From: Candidatus Micrarchaeota archaeon
GTDB lineage: Archaea > Micrarchaeota > Micrarchaeia > Anstonellales > Bilamarchaeaceae
Length of the DNA: 24,147 nucleotides
Reading direction: 5' to 3'
Assembly: GCA_043827025.1 (NCBI GenBank)
Contig: JBDRPL010000021.1
Coordinates: 1 to 24,147 of the forward strand
Part shown: positions 15,284-24,147 of the stretch, in pieces
Layout: each line of letters begins with the position of its first letter
How positions within the stretch are numbered: the first letter of the stretch is position 1
Made by a program: the position numbers and the translations under genes
Notes under the pieces: model-generated
Told to the model about the DNA's origin: nothing
What the model saw: the letters and a program-made list of their open reading frames with translations, nothing else
The model's database searches: none

Positions 15284-15337
15284 ACAAAGATTATTTAAAC
15301 ACTATGGAAAGCAGGAGATTGGCAGTTGTTGTCCTTT

Positions 15338-18300
15338 CTATGAGGAAACACGTTCGAGTTTCCTGAACTTTTTTGGTTCGTTTGGTTTTTTGGAAACAAG
15401 GTGATAGGCAAGAGCGATAAGGATTGCTAATGCAGTTACTGCAAGTATGATGAGCGACTTGTCATCCCCCTTATCCTTTGACATCTTGGCAAGCAGAACA
15501 TCTCCTTCCTTCATCGACTTGACAAAATCCCCATTCTGGGCAAGCTCTTTTATTGTAAGAATCTCTTCCTTGAAACGATCTCCGGCAAGCCGTTCTAGGT
15601 CTGCGGCATTGACATTAGCCTTTGACCTCAAAGTATCGATGGTTTTTTTCAGATTAGCATAAGTTGAATTCAATGATGCAATAGTTGCTGTTGAAGGAGT
15701 GGACTTCAGAAGCTTATCAGTCTCCTTTACATCAACAGTGAATAACGATTCCAATCTCGAACCTTTTGCATCTGAATACTCCTTTTGATAGATCACAAGA
15801 AGATTCTTCACTTTATTATCAAGCTCGTCCTTTTGCATCTTCAGCTTAGATCCATTTGAAATCTGAGACGAAGAATAACTTTCTACGAAATCGTTCAGCT
15901 CCTTGAGACTTTTCAGAAGAGGAAGGACATCATTGAAGTCGTTCGAAAGTGAGAGTTTGTTGTATGCCTGCTCGAAAACATAAAAATACTGCTCATCTTG
16001 ACCGCCAATCTCAATATATTTTTTCTTAAGTGAATTGAATTCCGTAAATGCCTGCTTCTTTATGGCAGTTACCTGAGTTTTCTTCCAAGAAAAATCAAAT
16101 TCCGTGGCATTGCCTGCAACTGCCCGTTCGAGAAGCTTGGCCTTGTCACTAAGCACATCGAAGAATGCGCCTGACAAGTCGTTTTCACGGGCTTCCGAAA
16201 GAATGCTATCGTATGATGCGAGCTCTTCTGCAGCAACCTTTGCAAAATCCTCTTTTTTCTTATTACTGACTAACTTTTCTATTTCTCTTTTGTTTATTGT
16301 GTTGCGTATATTCTCGATAGTCTTAATCGAATCGTCCACATTGCCTGAATCAAGATCCTGTTCTGCAGATTGCAGCATCGATTGCAAATCCGAGTCAACC
16401 ACCTGAGATTTCAATGATTCAATTTCATTGGCAGCATAAGCACTTGAATCATCGATTTCAATTACAACCCTAAGCAATGCTGGCTTGTTTGTTTTGAGAT
16501 CATTCATAGTGACTACGTATGCTCCGTTGCCGAGATCTTCCTTCTTTGAGATACGCTCTCCGCTTAGAGAAGAAACTTTGAAGGAACGTATCAAGGAATT
16601 GGTATTCCTAACAAGCAATACGGATGTTGAATCAATGTCAAACCTGGGAAAAAGGGTCAAATCGTATTCTACAATTGAATTGAGCCCAAGATTAGTTATA
16701 CGGTAATTTGAAGTTTCTGCAGAGTATGCATCCTGGATGAAATAGGTCCTTTCAAGAACATGGCTCCCTTTTTTTATCACCCTTCCACCATACTGTTTTC
16801 CATCGACAGATCCTTCCAAGACAACAGGGGCATCAACATCCAGATCAAAAGCAACAGTTTGACTGAATTCAGCTGAATAATCCACGCGGCCAGTTGATTT
16901 ATTTGATTGTTTTGTGGAATAGGCAACAATTGCAGATTTACTGAAGATGACTTCCTGGATACTGAATGGTAGGATTTTTTTCATGACCAGTGTGATTCTG
17001 TTGCTGGACTGGATCATTGATTTGACCTCATCAGAGCCTGAAGAAAGGTCGCTCTTGAAAAATTTCACGTCTTGTGGAACAGAGATTATTACGTTGACAT
17101 CCTCGGCAGAGTAGCCATAATCGTTTCTGATGAGCACATTGAGGATTACTTCTGTTGGACGATCAAGTTCGACAACTCCTATGAAAAGGTTGGCATCCGA
17201 CTCAAGTCCTCCTGAAACAATTGCCTTCGCACTCTTATCAAGCTCGGAATCAATTTCTGCAAAATCCACAGCCATTGCCTTTAGGTGACCGATTGCAACA
17301 TTATAATCGAGAACCCTGTTTGCAAAATAAAAATTATAAGTTTGGAGTTTGGAGAGAAGGTCAGAAGTCTGGCTTCCGCCCAGTTTTGCCTTTTCAACAA
17401 GCCTTTCCCTCTCACCAGCAAGATGACCATATCTCAAATCAGCTGAACTGAAGATGCTCTGCTCGATATCCCTAAGGACTGCAACGTCTCCAGCATCCTC
17501 TCTTGATTTGACATGCGTAAACATAGATTGCTCATAGCTGACATCTATGGCATCCGTCTTTGCCCTTTTCAACAGACCCTCTACTTCGATCTTCAAGGCA
17601 CTGAGAATCACCAGGTCATTCTGACCTATTTTCTTGTTCATCGACAGCCTTGCATAATATGCAGCACTGTCATAAAATTCATACTTCAAGCCAAGCACAT
17701 TGGAAGACTCTGCCTTTGACCAGTCGGAATTTGCCTTGTTGGCCATATCTGCCGAATCCTTTCCGCTAGGGTTCAATTGATCGATAAGTTCCTTTGCTTC
17801 GGATCTTTTGGATGCGACAATTACCCTGGCGTTCGAGTCTATAGAAGATGCTTCGTTTTCCACATAAGAGAGAGAATCCTTACTTGTCTGCAACGAGATT
17901 ATCGCAAGCTTAAGGTTTGAAATGGAGAAATAAGTTGCTGCCATTGAATGTGTATCCTGGGACACGGAATACGCAGATTCTGCAAGGCTCAGCCTCTCAC
18001 TTATTGTTAGGAACTCATCTGAACCCAAAAATTCAGTGGCACTGGAAGTTTCAGTTATCCTCCTAAGCTCCTGGGATGACAAGTAAGAAAGTTTATCTGA
18101 AACAGAAGAGGATTTCAGCTTGACTTCCTGGCTTAGGATCGAATAGGCATCGTTCGCTTCTTTTAGCGAGCTGTTGGCAAGCTCATCTGCTTTATCCAAC
18201 TCTGCCATGACACCCTCTTCTGTCCAGATAAGGTCAAAGATGCCTTTGTAGTTTTCGAATGAGGGGATGGGTTCTTTGGAATTCTGGTTGAATTCAGAAA

Positions 18301-18907
18301 GATAGACCTCGACTTCTGAAAGGAGCATTCTGGTATTGAATTTATGGTCAAGCGCACTTATACACTGGGATTTGCCTGGACCGAAATAATCTTCGTCGCA
18401 TATTCCAAATCCCCCCATTTTTTCAAAAATAGAGTCCGATTGGGACAAACGAACTGTTGTTTTTTCAAGGCTAATGTCCAACGCATCTGCAGAATGGTCG
18501 GCAGTCTGTTGCCAATATGAACCATATGCTACGCAATTCTTCAAGGGGTCGAGTCCTGATATTGAGAATAGCTTGGAAACAAGAAATGCAAAGGTATCTG
18601 TTACCCCATATTTGGAGATCTCCTTATTGCACTCCGAATAATAAAATGCAGTGGTGTCAAAAGAATTTTGTGCAAGACTGATTTTTGCATTTACGGATGC
18701 ATCTGTAGTCGAGACGGCGCCAAGATTCAGTTGCTCCAAGACAGGATGGAAAATATTGATTTCCCAGAATGCATCGTTTGAAAATGGGAAGAAAAAAACG
18801 TTTGGATTGGACCTTATCCACCATTGTTCATCCCATGTTTTCTGAACTGAAGTGGAGAACACGAAACCCATAAATACTATAAAAAGAAGCAGGATACGAA
18901 AACGCAT
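15338..18907 (-). CDS. Large secreted, C-terminally membrane-anchored protein of unknown function
   Basis: 1189-aa ORF with an N-terminal signal peptide, long helical/coiled-coil-like blocks flanking a beta-rich centre, and a C-terminal TM helix with a basic tail. Confidence 0.8.
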   Translation of the reverse strand: MRFRILLLFIVFMGFVFSTSVQKTWDEQWWIRSNPNVFFFPFSNDAFWEINIFHPVLEQLNLGAVSTTDASVNAKISLAQNSFDTTAFYYSECNKEISKYGVTDTFAFLVSKLFSISGLDPLKNCVAYGSYWQQTADHSADALDISLEKTTVRLSQSDSIFEKMGGFGICDEDYFGPGKSQCISALDHKFNTRMLLSEVEVYLSEFNQNSKEPIPSFENYKGIFDLIWTEEGVMAELDKADELANSSLKEANDAYSILSQEVKLKSSSVSDKLSYLSSQELRRITETSSATEFLGSDEFLTISERLSLAESAYSVSQDTHSMAATYFSISNLKLAIISLQTSKDSLSYVENEASSIDSNARVIVASKRSEAKELIDQLNPSGKDSADMANKANSDWSKAESSNVLGLKYEFYDSAAYYARLSMNKKIGQNDLVILSALKIEVEGLLKRAKTDAIDVSYEQSMFTHVKSREDAGDVAVLRDIEQSIFSSADLRYGHLAGERERLVEKAKLGGSQTSDLLSKLQTYNFYFANRVLDYNVAIGHLKAMAVDFAEIDSELDKSAKAIVSGGLESDANLFIGVVELDRPTEVILNVLIRNDYGYSAEDVNVIISVPQDVKFFKSDLSSGSDEVKSMIQSSNRITLVMKKILPFSIQEVIFSKSAIVAYSTKQSNKSTGRVDYSAEFSQTVAFDLDVDAPVVLEGSVDGKQYGGRVIKKGSHVLERTYFIQDAYSAETSNYRITNLGLNSIVEYDLTLFPRFDIDSTSVLLVRNTNSLIRSFKVSSLSGERISKKEDLGNGAYVVTMNDLKTNKPALLRVVIEIDDSSAYAANEIESLKSQVVDSDLQSMLQSAEQDLDSGNVDDSIKTIENIRNTINKREIEKLVSNKKKEDFAKVAAEELASYDSILSEARENDLSGAFFDVLSDKAKLLERAVAGNATEFDFSWKKTQVTAIKKQAFTEFNSLKKKYIEIGGQDEQYFYVFEQAYNKLSLSNDFNDVLPLLKSLKELNDFVESYSSSQISNGSKLKMQKDELDNKVKNLLVIYQKEYSDAKGSRLESLFTVDVKETDKLLKSTPSTATIASLNSTYANLKKTIDTLRSKANVNAADLERLAGDRFKEEILTIKELAQNGDFVKSMKEGDVLLAKMSKDKGDDKSLIILAVTALAILIALAYHLVSKKPNEPKKFRKLERVSS

Positions 18908-18989
18908 AGACTCAAGCTATGTGTTGTTCAGAAAGATTCTAAAAAGTGCAGTAAGGTTATAAAACTTATATAGTACAGTCCTTTCTACC

Positions 18990-20159
18990 ATGACAATCAA
19001 AAGAATTACCTATGATGGAAAAGAAATACTCCTTCTTGGAACTGCCCATGTCTCGAAAAAATCAAGGGAACTAGTTGAAAAAACAATTGAAGAGGAGAAG
19101 CCAGATGTTGTTGGAATTGAATTAGACAAGGGCAGATATGCAGCACTTAAAGACCATAAAAAATACCAGGAACAGAATATTGCAAAGATAATTAAAGAAG
19201 GCCAGGTTTGGGTTTTCCTCATTAATATTATTCTAAAGAATTTCCAAAGGCAGATTGGAACAAAGCTTGGTGAAACACCAGGTTCAGAAATGATTGCTGC
19301 ACTTGAAACTGCTGAAGAGAAGAACATCAGAGTTGCACTCTTAGATAGAGATGTGAAAATAACTCTTAAAAGAGCATTCAACCTGCTCACCCTTGGAGAA
19401 AAGGTGAGGTTTGTATCTGATATAATCGGCTCATCATTCTCTGGCGACAAAGACGAAACAGCAAAAATAAATGAAGAGATGATTGAAAAATTAAAGGAGC
19501 ATGACACCCTTAATGGGCTTATGCATAAGATGGGGCACGAATACCCTACGATAAAGAAGGTTCTTGTTGATGAACGGGATCAATACATTGCAAGCAAGAT
19601 ATCTGAACTCAAAGGCAAGAAGATACTTGCAGTTCTTGGTGCGGGCCATGTTGAAGGTGTTGCGCAAAACATAGGCAAGGAAATAGATATGAAAGAAATA
19701 ACTTCGATTCCAGAAAAAAAATCATCCCTGAAGGTGATCGGGATGCTCATTCCATTATTATTCTTTGTTCTTATCGGATATGGAGTCTGGACCAAAGGCA
19801 TTGGGGTCGGGATAGATACTCTTCTGCTCTGGGTAGCCGTAACTGGAACGCTTTCTGCAGTGGGAACACTAATTGCCAGAGGCCATCCGATTGCAATAAT
19901 AACTGCCTTCTTCGCCGCACCCATAACCACGTTGCACCCATTGCTTGCAGCAGGCTGGTTCGCAGGATTGGCGCAGGCAAAGGTTTCCATGCCACGTGTA
20001 AAGGATTTCGAAGGATTGAATAGTCTGAATTCATACGGAGATTTTGAGAAGAACAAGGTTACGCAGATATTGATGGTTGTTCTTTACGCAAACATCGGGG
20101 CAAGCATTGGAACGATCATTGGGCTTCCTTGGATAGCTTCGCTTGTTTTCGGGAGCTAA
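18990..20159 (+). CDS. TraB/PrgY (pheromone shutdown-related) family protein
   Basis: LLGTAHVS, PDVVGIELD, PGSEM, LLDRDV, LVDERDQY and AVLGAGH, plus C-terminal TM segments. Confidence 0.92.
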   Translation: MTIKRITYDGKEILLLGTAHVSKKSRELVEKTIEEEKPDVVGIELDKGRYAALKDHKKYQEQNIAKIIKEGQVWVFLINIILKNFQRQIGTKLGETPGSEMIAALETAEEKNIRVALLDRDVKITLKRAFNLLTLGEKVRFVSDIIGSSFSGDKDETAKINEEMIEKLKEHDTLNGLMHKMGHEYPTIKKVLVDERDQYIASKISELKGKKILAVLGAGHVEGVAQNIGKEIDMKEITSIPEKKSSLKVIGMLIPLLFFVLIGYGVWTKGIGVGIDTLLLWVAVTGTLSAVGTLIARGHPIAIITAFFAAPITTLHPLLAAGWFAGLAQAKVSMPRVKDFEGLNSLNSYGDFEKNKVTQILMVVLYANIGASIGTIIGLPWIASLVFGS

Positions 20160-20205
20160 GGGATAAACACCTGAATTTATAAACAGTTATAATAAATATA
20201 GCAAC

Positions 20206-20964
20206 ATGTTGAAAAGAGCAAGGGCCAACCCTTATCCTAATGGCGAACAAAGACATGGACCTACTGCAAAGGGATTTGTAAAAGAATCTACAGTAACCAT
20301 CCCTATTGGAAATGAAATGCGTATTATCCGACATAGTGACATAATTCATATTTTAGGACGCGATTTGGAAAATGGAGATGAAGACACTAAACTAAATAGA
20401 AAAGAAAGGAATGCCCTGTCAAAAATGGGCGGGAATATAATGGCTGGACGAGAATTGTCCGTCCTTCAGGAAGGATACCTCGAAGAAATCATACTCAAAG
20501 CAGAAGGAAAACCAAGGCAGAACCGCCAAACATCATCAAATGTCGCCAATTTCATATCTTTTGCAGAAAATCCAAATGAAACGGAATTAAGAAGAATATT
20601 CATTCCTGAAGAGCTGGAAAAACAAACCATACGCAAGGTAGGTTATGTGCTTTCAGTATACAAGCTTGAGGGAAGAGCAGAAGGATTTGTTTTGAATTGC
20701 ATAGCAACTTTTGTAAAGGATCTTTTTGTTTATAGAATGGGAACGGCTTCGCCTGCAGGAAAAAGACAGGCAGCACATTCGTTCCTGTACACAATGAATA
20801 TAATGGGGCAGCTCCATAGCCAGCTAACTGAACTTCCGGAAGTATTAATGCAAAGGCTTATGCAGAATGAAGCATCAGATAAAAAATTGGCTAGACGAGA
20901 GCTTAACCATATGCAAAATGGATTCACTGCCAGTGGCTGGATAAACCTAAGGAGGATTTATTAA
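20206..20964 (+). CDS. Hypothetical protein
   Basis: 252-aa ORF filling the gap, with tttataaa ~23 nt before the ATG. No motif recognised. Confidence 0.65.
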   Translation: MLKRARANPYPNGEQRHGPTAKGFVKESTVTIPIGNEMRIIRHSDIIHILGRDLENGDEDTKLNRKERNALSKMGGNIMAGRELSVLQEGYLEEIILKAEGKPRQNRQTSSNVANFISFAENPNETELRRIFIPEELEKQTIRKVGYVLSVYKLEGRAEGFVLNCIATFVKDLFVYRMGTASPAGKRQAAHSFLYTMNIMGQLHSQLTELPEVLMQRLMQNEASDKKLARRELNHMQNGFTASGWINLRRIY

Positions 20965-20989
20965 AAAGATTGTACTGTGAGGTATAACC

Positions 20990-21637
20990 ATGAAAGAGAT
21001 ATATCAAAATGTTTATTTGGAGGAGAGATACCTTTACACTAAATCACTAATTCGTGGCCAGGTTTACGGAGAGCGGATTGTCAAGGAAAGGGGAATTGAA
21101 TATAGAAATTGGGATCCTTTCCGAAGTAAGTTAGCAGCTGCAATGAAGAACGGATTGAAGACATTTCCATTCAAGAAGGATGCAAAAGTGCTCTATCTTG
21201 GAGCTTCAACTGGAACAACTGTTTCACATCTTTCAGACGTATGTGTTGATGGTGAGATTTATGCTGTAGAAGTTTCCCACCATGTTGGCAAGATACTAAT
21301 GGCACTTGCAGAGAAAAGGGAGAATATAATCCCAATAATTGCAGATGCAAGGCAACCTAAAGAATATGAAGAAGTGGGGCGGGTGGATGCATTGTACCAG
21401 GATGTGGCACAGCCAGACCAGGCAGATATTCTTATCTCAAATGCAAGAATGTTCCTGAAACAAGGTGGAATAGCAATGATTGCAATCAAGAGCCAAAGTA
21501 TTGATGTAACAAAGGATCCGCAGGTTGTATTTGCAGAAGTTCTCAAGAAGCTGGAAACTTGTTTTGAAGTAGTTGAAAAGATAAAGATTGAACCTTTTGA
21601 TAAGGACCATCTGTTTGTTGTTTTGAAGTATAGTTAG
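20990..21637 (+). CDS. flpA: Fibrillarin-like rRNA/tRNA 2'-O-methyltransferase
   Basis: VYGE, YRNWDPFRSKLAAA, VLYLGASTGTTVSHLSD, YQDVAQPDQA, IKSQSID and PFDKDH. Confidence 0.97.
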   Translation: MKEIYQNVYLEERYLYTKSLIRGQVYGERIVKERGIEYRNWDPFRSKLAAAMKNGLKTFPFKKDAKVLYLGASTGTTVSHLSDVCVDGEIYAVEVSHHVGKILMALAEKRENIIPIIADARQPKEYEEVGRVDALYQDVAQPDQADILISNARMFLKQGGIAMIAIKSQSIDVTKDPQVVFAEVLKKLETCFEVVEKIKIEPFDKDHLFVVLKYS

Positions 21638-21651
21638 TGATTATTGAGAAC

Positions 21652-22134
21652 TTACTGGCCTTGCCCTGGTTTGTATATTTTTCTAAAGTAAGCCTGTTTC
21701 TCTTCCCATGTGTAATACTTTTCTATTTTCTCCAGGCTTGTGAAATCGGGTGGAGAGCCCATGACTCTTGAAAGGGAAGTCCTTTGCCTTTCAACCAATT
21801 TCCTAAGAGTTATCGGCCTTCCTGCCTTCCTAAGCCTTTCAACATCAGGCCTGTAATCAATTTCATCAAACTTCCTTCCTAGAACATGGCTTGCATTCTC
21901 ATCAAATTGTTTGAGGTTCCCCATCTTGTGCTTTTGGATGAATTTGAGCATAAAAACTTTCATCTTGACAAGTTCTTCAAAATGATCTTTCATTCGCGTA
22001 TCTAACTGTGCCATGCTCTTCGGCATCTTGTCATAAAGCTCCTGGAGATTAGGCCTTGCAAAATTAGGGACTGGAACTACAGAAAGACCTGATGAAGAGC
22101 CTTCGCTTTGATATAATGGAGTACGGAATGCCAT
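21652..22134 (-). CDS. Hypothetical basic protein
   Basis: ORF fills the gap between flpA and the divergent thioredoxin-like gene. Start moved to ATG 22134 (MAFRTP) to avoid overlap. Confidence 0.6.
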   Translation of the reverse strand: MAFRTPLYQSEGSSSGLSVVPVPNFARPNLQELYDKMPKSMAQLDTRMKDHFEELVKMKVFMLKFIQKHKMGNLKQFDENASHVLGRKFDEIDYRPDVERLRKAGRPITLRKLVERQRTSLSRVMGSPPDFTSLEKIEKYYTWEEKQAYFRKIYKPGQGQ

Positions 22135-22184
22135 GTAATAATATGGACGACATTGAATAAATATCTTTGCCGGCAAATAAAAAT

Positions 22185-22643
22185 ATGAAACTAGTTGTTT
22201 GTTTGATTGCCTTATTGCTCCTATCCGGCTGCATTTCCCAGACAGCAGACAAAATCGAAAACAAAACAACAGATTCAATTGGAAATAATGGAACAAATCG
22301 GATCAACGATACTTCGGATCAAAATGCAACAGTTATTGTTGAAAGCCAAGGGCTCCAAGTAATCTATTTCTATTCCCCAACATGCCCAGCTTGCCAGCAG
22401 ATAAATGGGACAATTGTCAACATCACCAACAAATATAGCGAAGATGTCGAACTCGTAATGTATAATGTAAGGACTGAAAATGGTTACAGCACATACCAAG
22501 AATATGCCAACCGATTCAATCTAACGAACAAACAGAGATTGATTCCATTGATTTATGTCGAAGATTCTGTGCTGAACGGATTTGCAGAGATAAGGAATGG
22601 GTTGGAAAGCAGTATAAACAAAGCCTTACACTCTAGTGAATGA
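22185..22643 (+). CDS. Thioredoxin/glutaredoxin-fold lipoprotein
   Basis: Signal peptide MKLVVCLIALLLLSGC, YFYSPTCPAC (CxxC) and the cis-Pro-like IPLIYV. Confidence 0.85.
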   Translation: MKLVVCLIALLLLSGCISQTADKIENKTTDSIGNNGTNRINDTSDQNATVIVESQGLQVIYFYSPTCPACQQINGTIVNITNKYSEDVELVMYNVRTENGYSTYQEYANRFNLTNKQRLIPLIYVEDSVLNGFAEIRNGLESSINKALHSSE

Positions 22644-22677
22644 CACATTTATAAACACTATCCCACAAAAACAGATT

Positions 22678-23706
22678 ATGCTTAAGATTGCTCCAGAAGC
22701 AATGCTAGGAAACAAACTGACAAGGATGAGGTTGCTCGGTTATTCAGAACGAGGCCCAGAAGCACTGGTAGGCAAAAAGGCAAGGATAACTGTATTGGAA
22801 CGCTATTTTGAAGGATTAGCTGAAACTAAAGGTTGGCAAGAAGATCAGATACTAAGGCAGGCAGAAAAAGGATTTAAATTTCCAGGAAGAACCTTCGCGT
22901 TATATGAAAGAAAAGTATTACGGCAGGTTTTGAATGGCAGGAAAGTCAATGAGATCTATTTTCCTGCAGTATATGCAGGGGTAGTTGCAAATGCAATCGC
23001 AAGCCAAGGATATAATGTCATTGCAAGTGATTTAAGCTCTGTGTGGGCAGAGCATGCAAGATCACTTGGATTGAATGTTGAAATACGAGGGTTTGAGCAG
23101 ATACCTAAGGACAAGATGATAGATCTTATTGTTGTATTTGAGCCTTTTTGCATATACTTCTCGCCGACCTCAACTTTGGCCATAATGCGAGCAATCTCAC
23201 AGAACTTACCTTATCTGCAAATAGAGGGAGGTATGCCAGAATATTATTTTACAGAAAGGATGCCTGTGGACGAAGCAGTCGTATTGAAGGTAAGTTCGCT
23301 GAAAAGAAATGCAGATGGAACATATATTCGTGGACCTGATGGCTATGAAACACAGGGATATTACCCAGAAGGAAAGTTATGCCCATTGAGAATAGGTTAT
23401 GACTATGGAGCTAAATATTATGACCATGTCACCTATTATGAAATGCAGGGGATGCAGTATAATGGGACAGTCTTTAGATTTTCATGCCTTGTCCCAACAC
23501 CAGAAGCAGTTGCAAGGGCTTCGCTTGATTTGGCAATCATTGAAAGGCAATCTGAATGGCTTGGTGAAACAGTTTCACTGGCAGATTTGGCGCAAAGATT
23601 TGATCAACCAATAAACAGAATAACTGCCGCATTCTCAAGAGTACTAAAACTTTTTGCCTCAGACCAAAGGCAAACTGAGGTTGCTGAAATAACAATCATT
23701 CCTTAG
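22678..23706 (+). CDS. Hypothetical protein with degenerate class I SAM-methyltransferase-like segment
   Basis: EIYFPAVYAGVVANAIASQGYNVIASDLS...DLIVVFEP. tttataaa at 22648-22655 supports ATG 22678. Confidence 0.55.
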   Translation: MLKIAPEAMLGNKLTRMRLLGYSERGPEALVGKKARITVLERYFEGLAETKGWQEDQILRQAEKGFKFPGRTFALYERKVLRQVLNGRKVNEIYFPAVYAGVVANAIASQGYNVIASDLSSVWAEHARSLGLNVEIRGFEQIPKDKMIDLIVVFEPFCIYFSPTSTLAIMRAISQNLPYLQIEGGMPEYYFTERMPVDEAVVLKVSSLKRNADGTYIRGPDGYETQGYYPEGKLCPLRIGYDYGAKYYDHVTYYEMQGMQYNGTVFRFSCLVPTPEAVARASLDLAIIERQSEWLGETVSLADLAQRFDQPINRITAAFSRVLKLFASDQRQTEVAEITIIP

Positions 23707-23774
23707 GTAACAGTAAAAATCAAAAAAGGCAGGATGACGACCGTATTTTAAATCTTTCCAGCTGTAATAAAAGA

Positions 23775-24023
23775 ATGGCCATCGGGCTTGAAACTACTCT
23801 GACGAACATTGCCTCATTCTTGCAAAGCATTGCACCCACTGTTTCTATAATTCTGATTATCCTTGGTGGGATAACCTATGGCCTAGCACAGACCCAACCT
23901 CCAGAAACAAGAGGCAAGTGGCAGACAATTGCAATAAATCTTGTCATAGGTGGAATAATTGTTGGTGCTATAGTTGGAGCAGCAGGCTTGATACAGGGAA
24001 CTTCTGAGAACCTACTAAAATAG
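23775..24023 (+). CDS. Small two-TM protein, TrbC/VirB2 pilin-like
   Basis: 82 aa with two hydrophobic helices separated by QPPETRGKWQ, Gly-rich IGGIIVGAI, and ttttaaat TATA upstream. Confidence 0.6.
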   Translation: MAIGLETTLTNIASFLQSIAPTVSIILIILGGITYGLAQTQPPETRGKWQTIAINLVIGGIIVGAIVGAAGLIQGTSENLLK

Positions 24024-24147
24024 ATTGAAACGAGACTCGGATGATTTTGTCTCAATTTCTGTAAACTTACGTTCTTAAAACCTAGTCGTAAAAAGATTTA
24101 TTCTAAAATCTATCTTTTCATTAGTATATACTATATTAATATAATAT

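Noticed and set aside
18990..20159. Conjugation gene implying a plasmid or ICE
   Set aside because: TraB/PrgY-family proteins are widespread chromosomal genes in archaea, and this one sits near the housekeeping gene flpA.
2820..23614. The many 60-165 aa ORFs overlapping larger genes (e.g. 3272-3706, 7958-8386, 14267-14680, 19010-19507, 19580-20056)
   Set aside because: They are antisense or alternative-frame shadows of well-supported CDSs with no recognisable motifs.
24024..24147. AT-rich imperfect palindromes at the right end as an origin or mobile-element end
   Set aside because: Low-complexity AT sequence cut off by the window edge; it cannot be distinguished from an ordinary terminator or promoter region.

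Overview
Archaeal genomic DNA: it carries a fibrillarin gene, TATA boxes ~23-30 nt before mostly leaderless starts, GGTG-type Shine-Dalgarno sites inside operons, and xGC lipoprotein-like signal peptides. A DPANN/Micrarchaeota-like origin is an inference only. The left ~3 kb is an accessory block of three co-oriented genes from toxin-associated families: a HEPN-like protein with a Cys-rich insert (5'-truncated by the window), a Fic/Doc protein and a GNAT. The first two are each followed by a copy of a ~110-bp heptamer-based repeat; the second copy carries two unrelated-site insertions of exactly 57 nt, each a double hairpin. Further palindromes follow. Next come a signal-peptide-bearing M2/M3-type metallopeptidase, a tandem pair of 54-nt hairpins with six compensatory base-pair changes, a tyrosine-decarboxylase-like/APC antiporter operon, an alpha/beta hydrolase, a CPBP(Abi)-DUF3089-like fusion next to a DUF2178-like/XRE pair with a tandem operator, a beta-propeller lipoprotein, PfpI, AbrB, a 1189-aa surface protein, TraB, fibrillarin, a thioredoxin-like lipoprotein, a degenerate methyltransferase-like ORF and a TrbC/VirB2-like pilin. 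No rRNA, tRNA, CRISPR array, transposase or integrase was recognised. Family calls rest on motifs recognised by eye, not on database searches.
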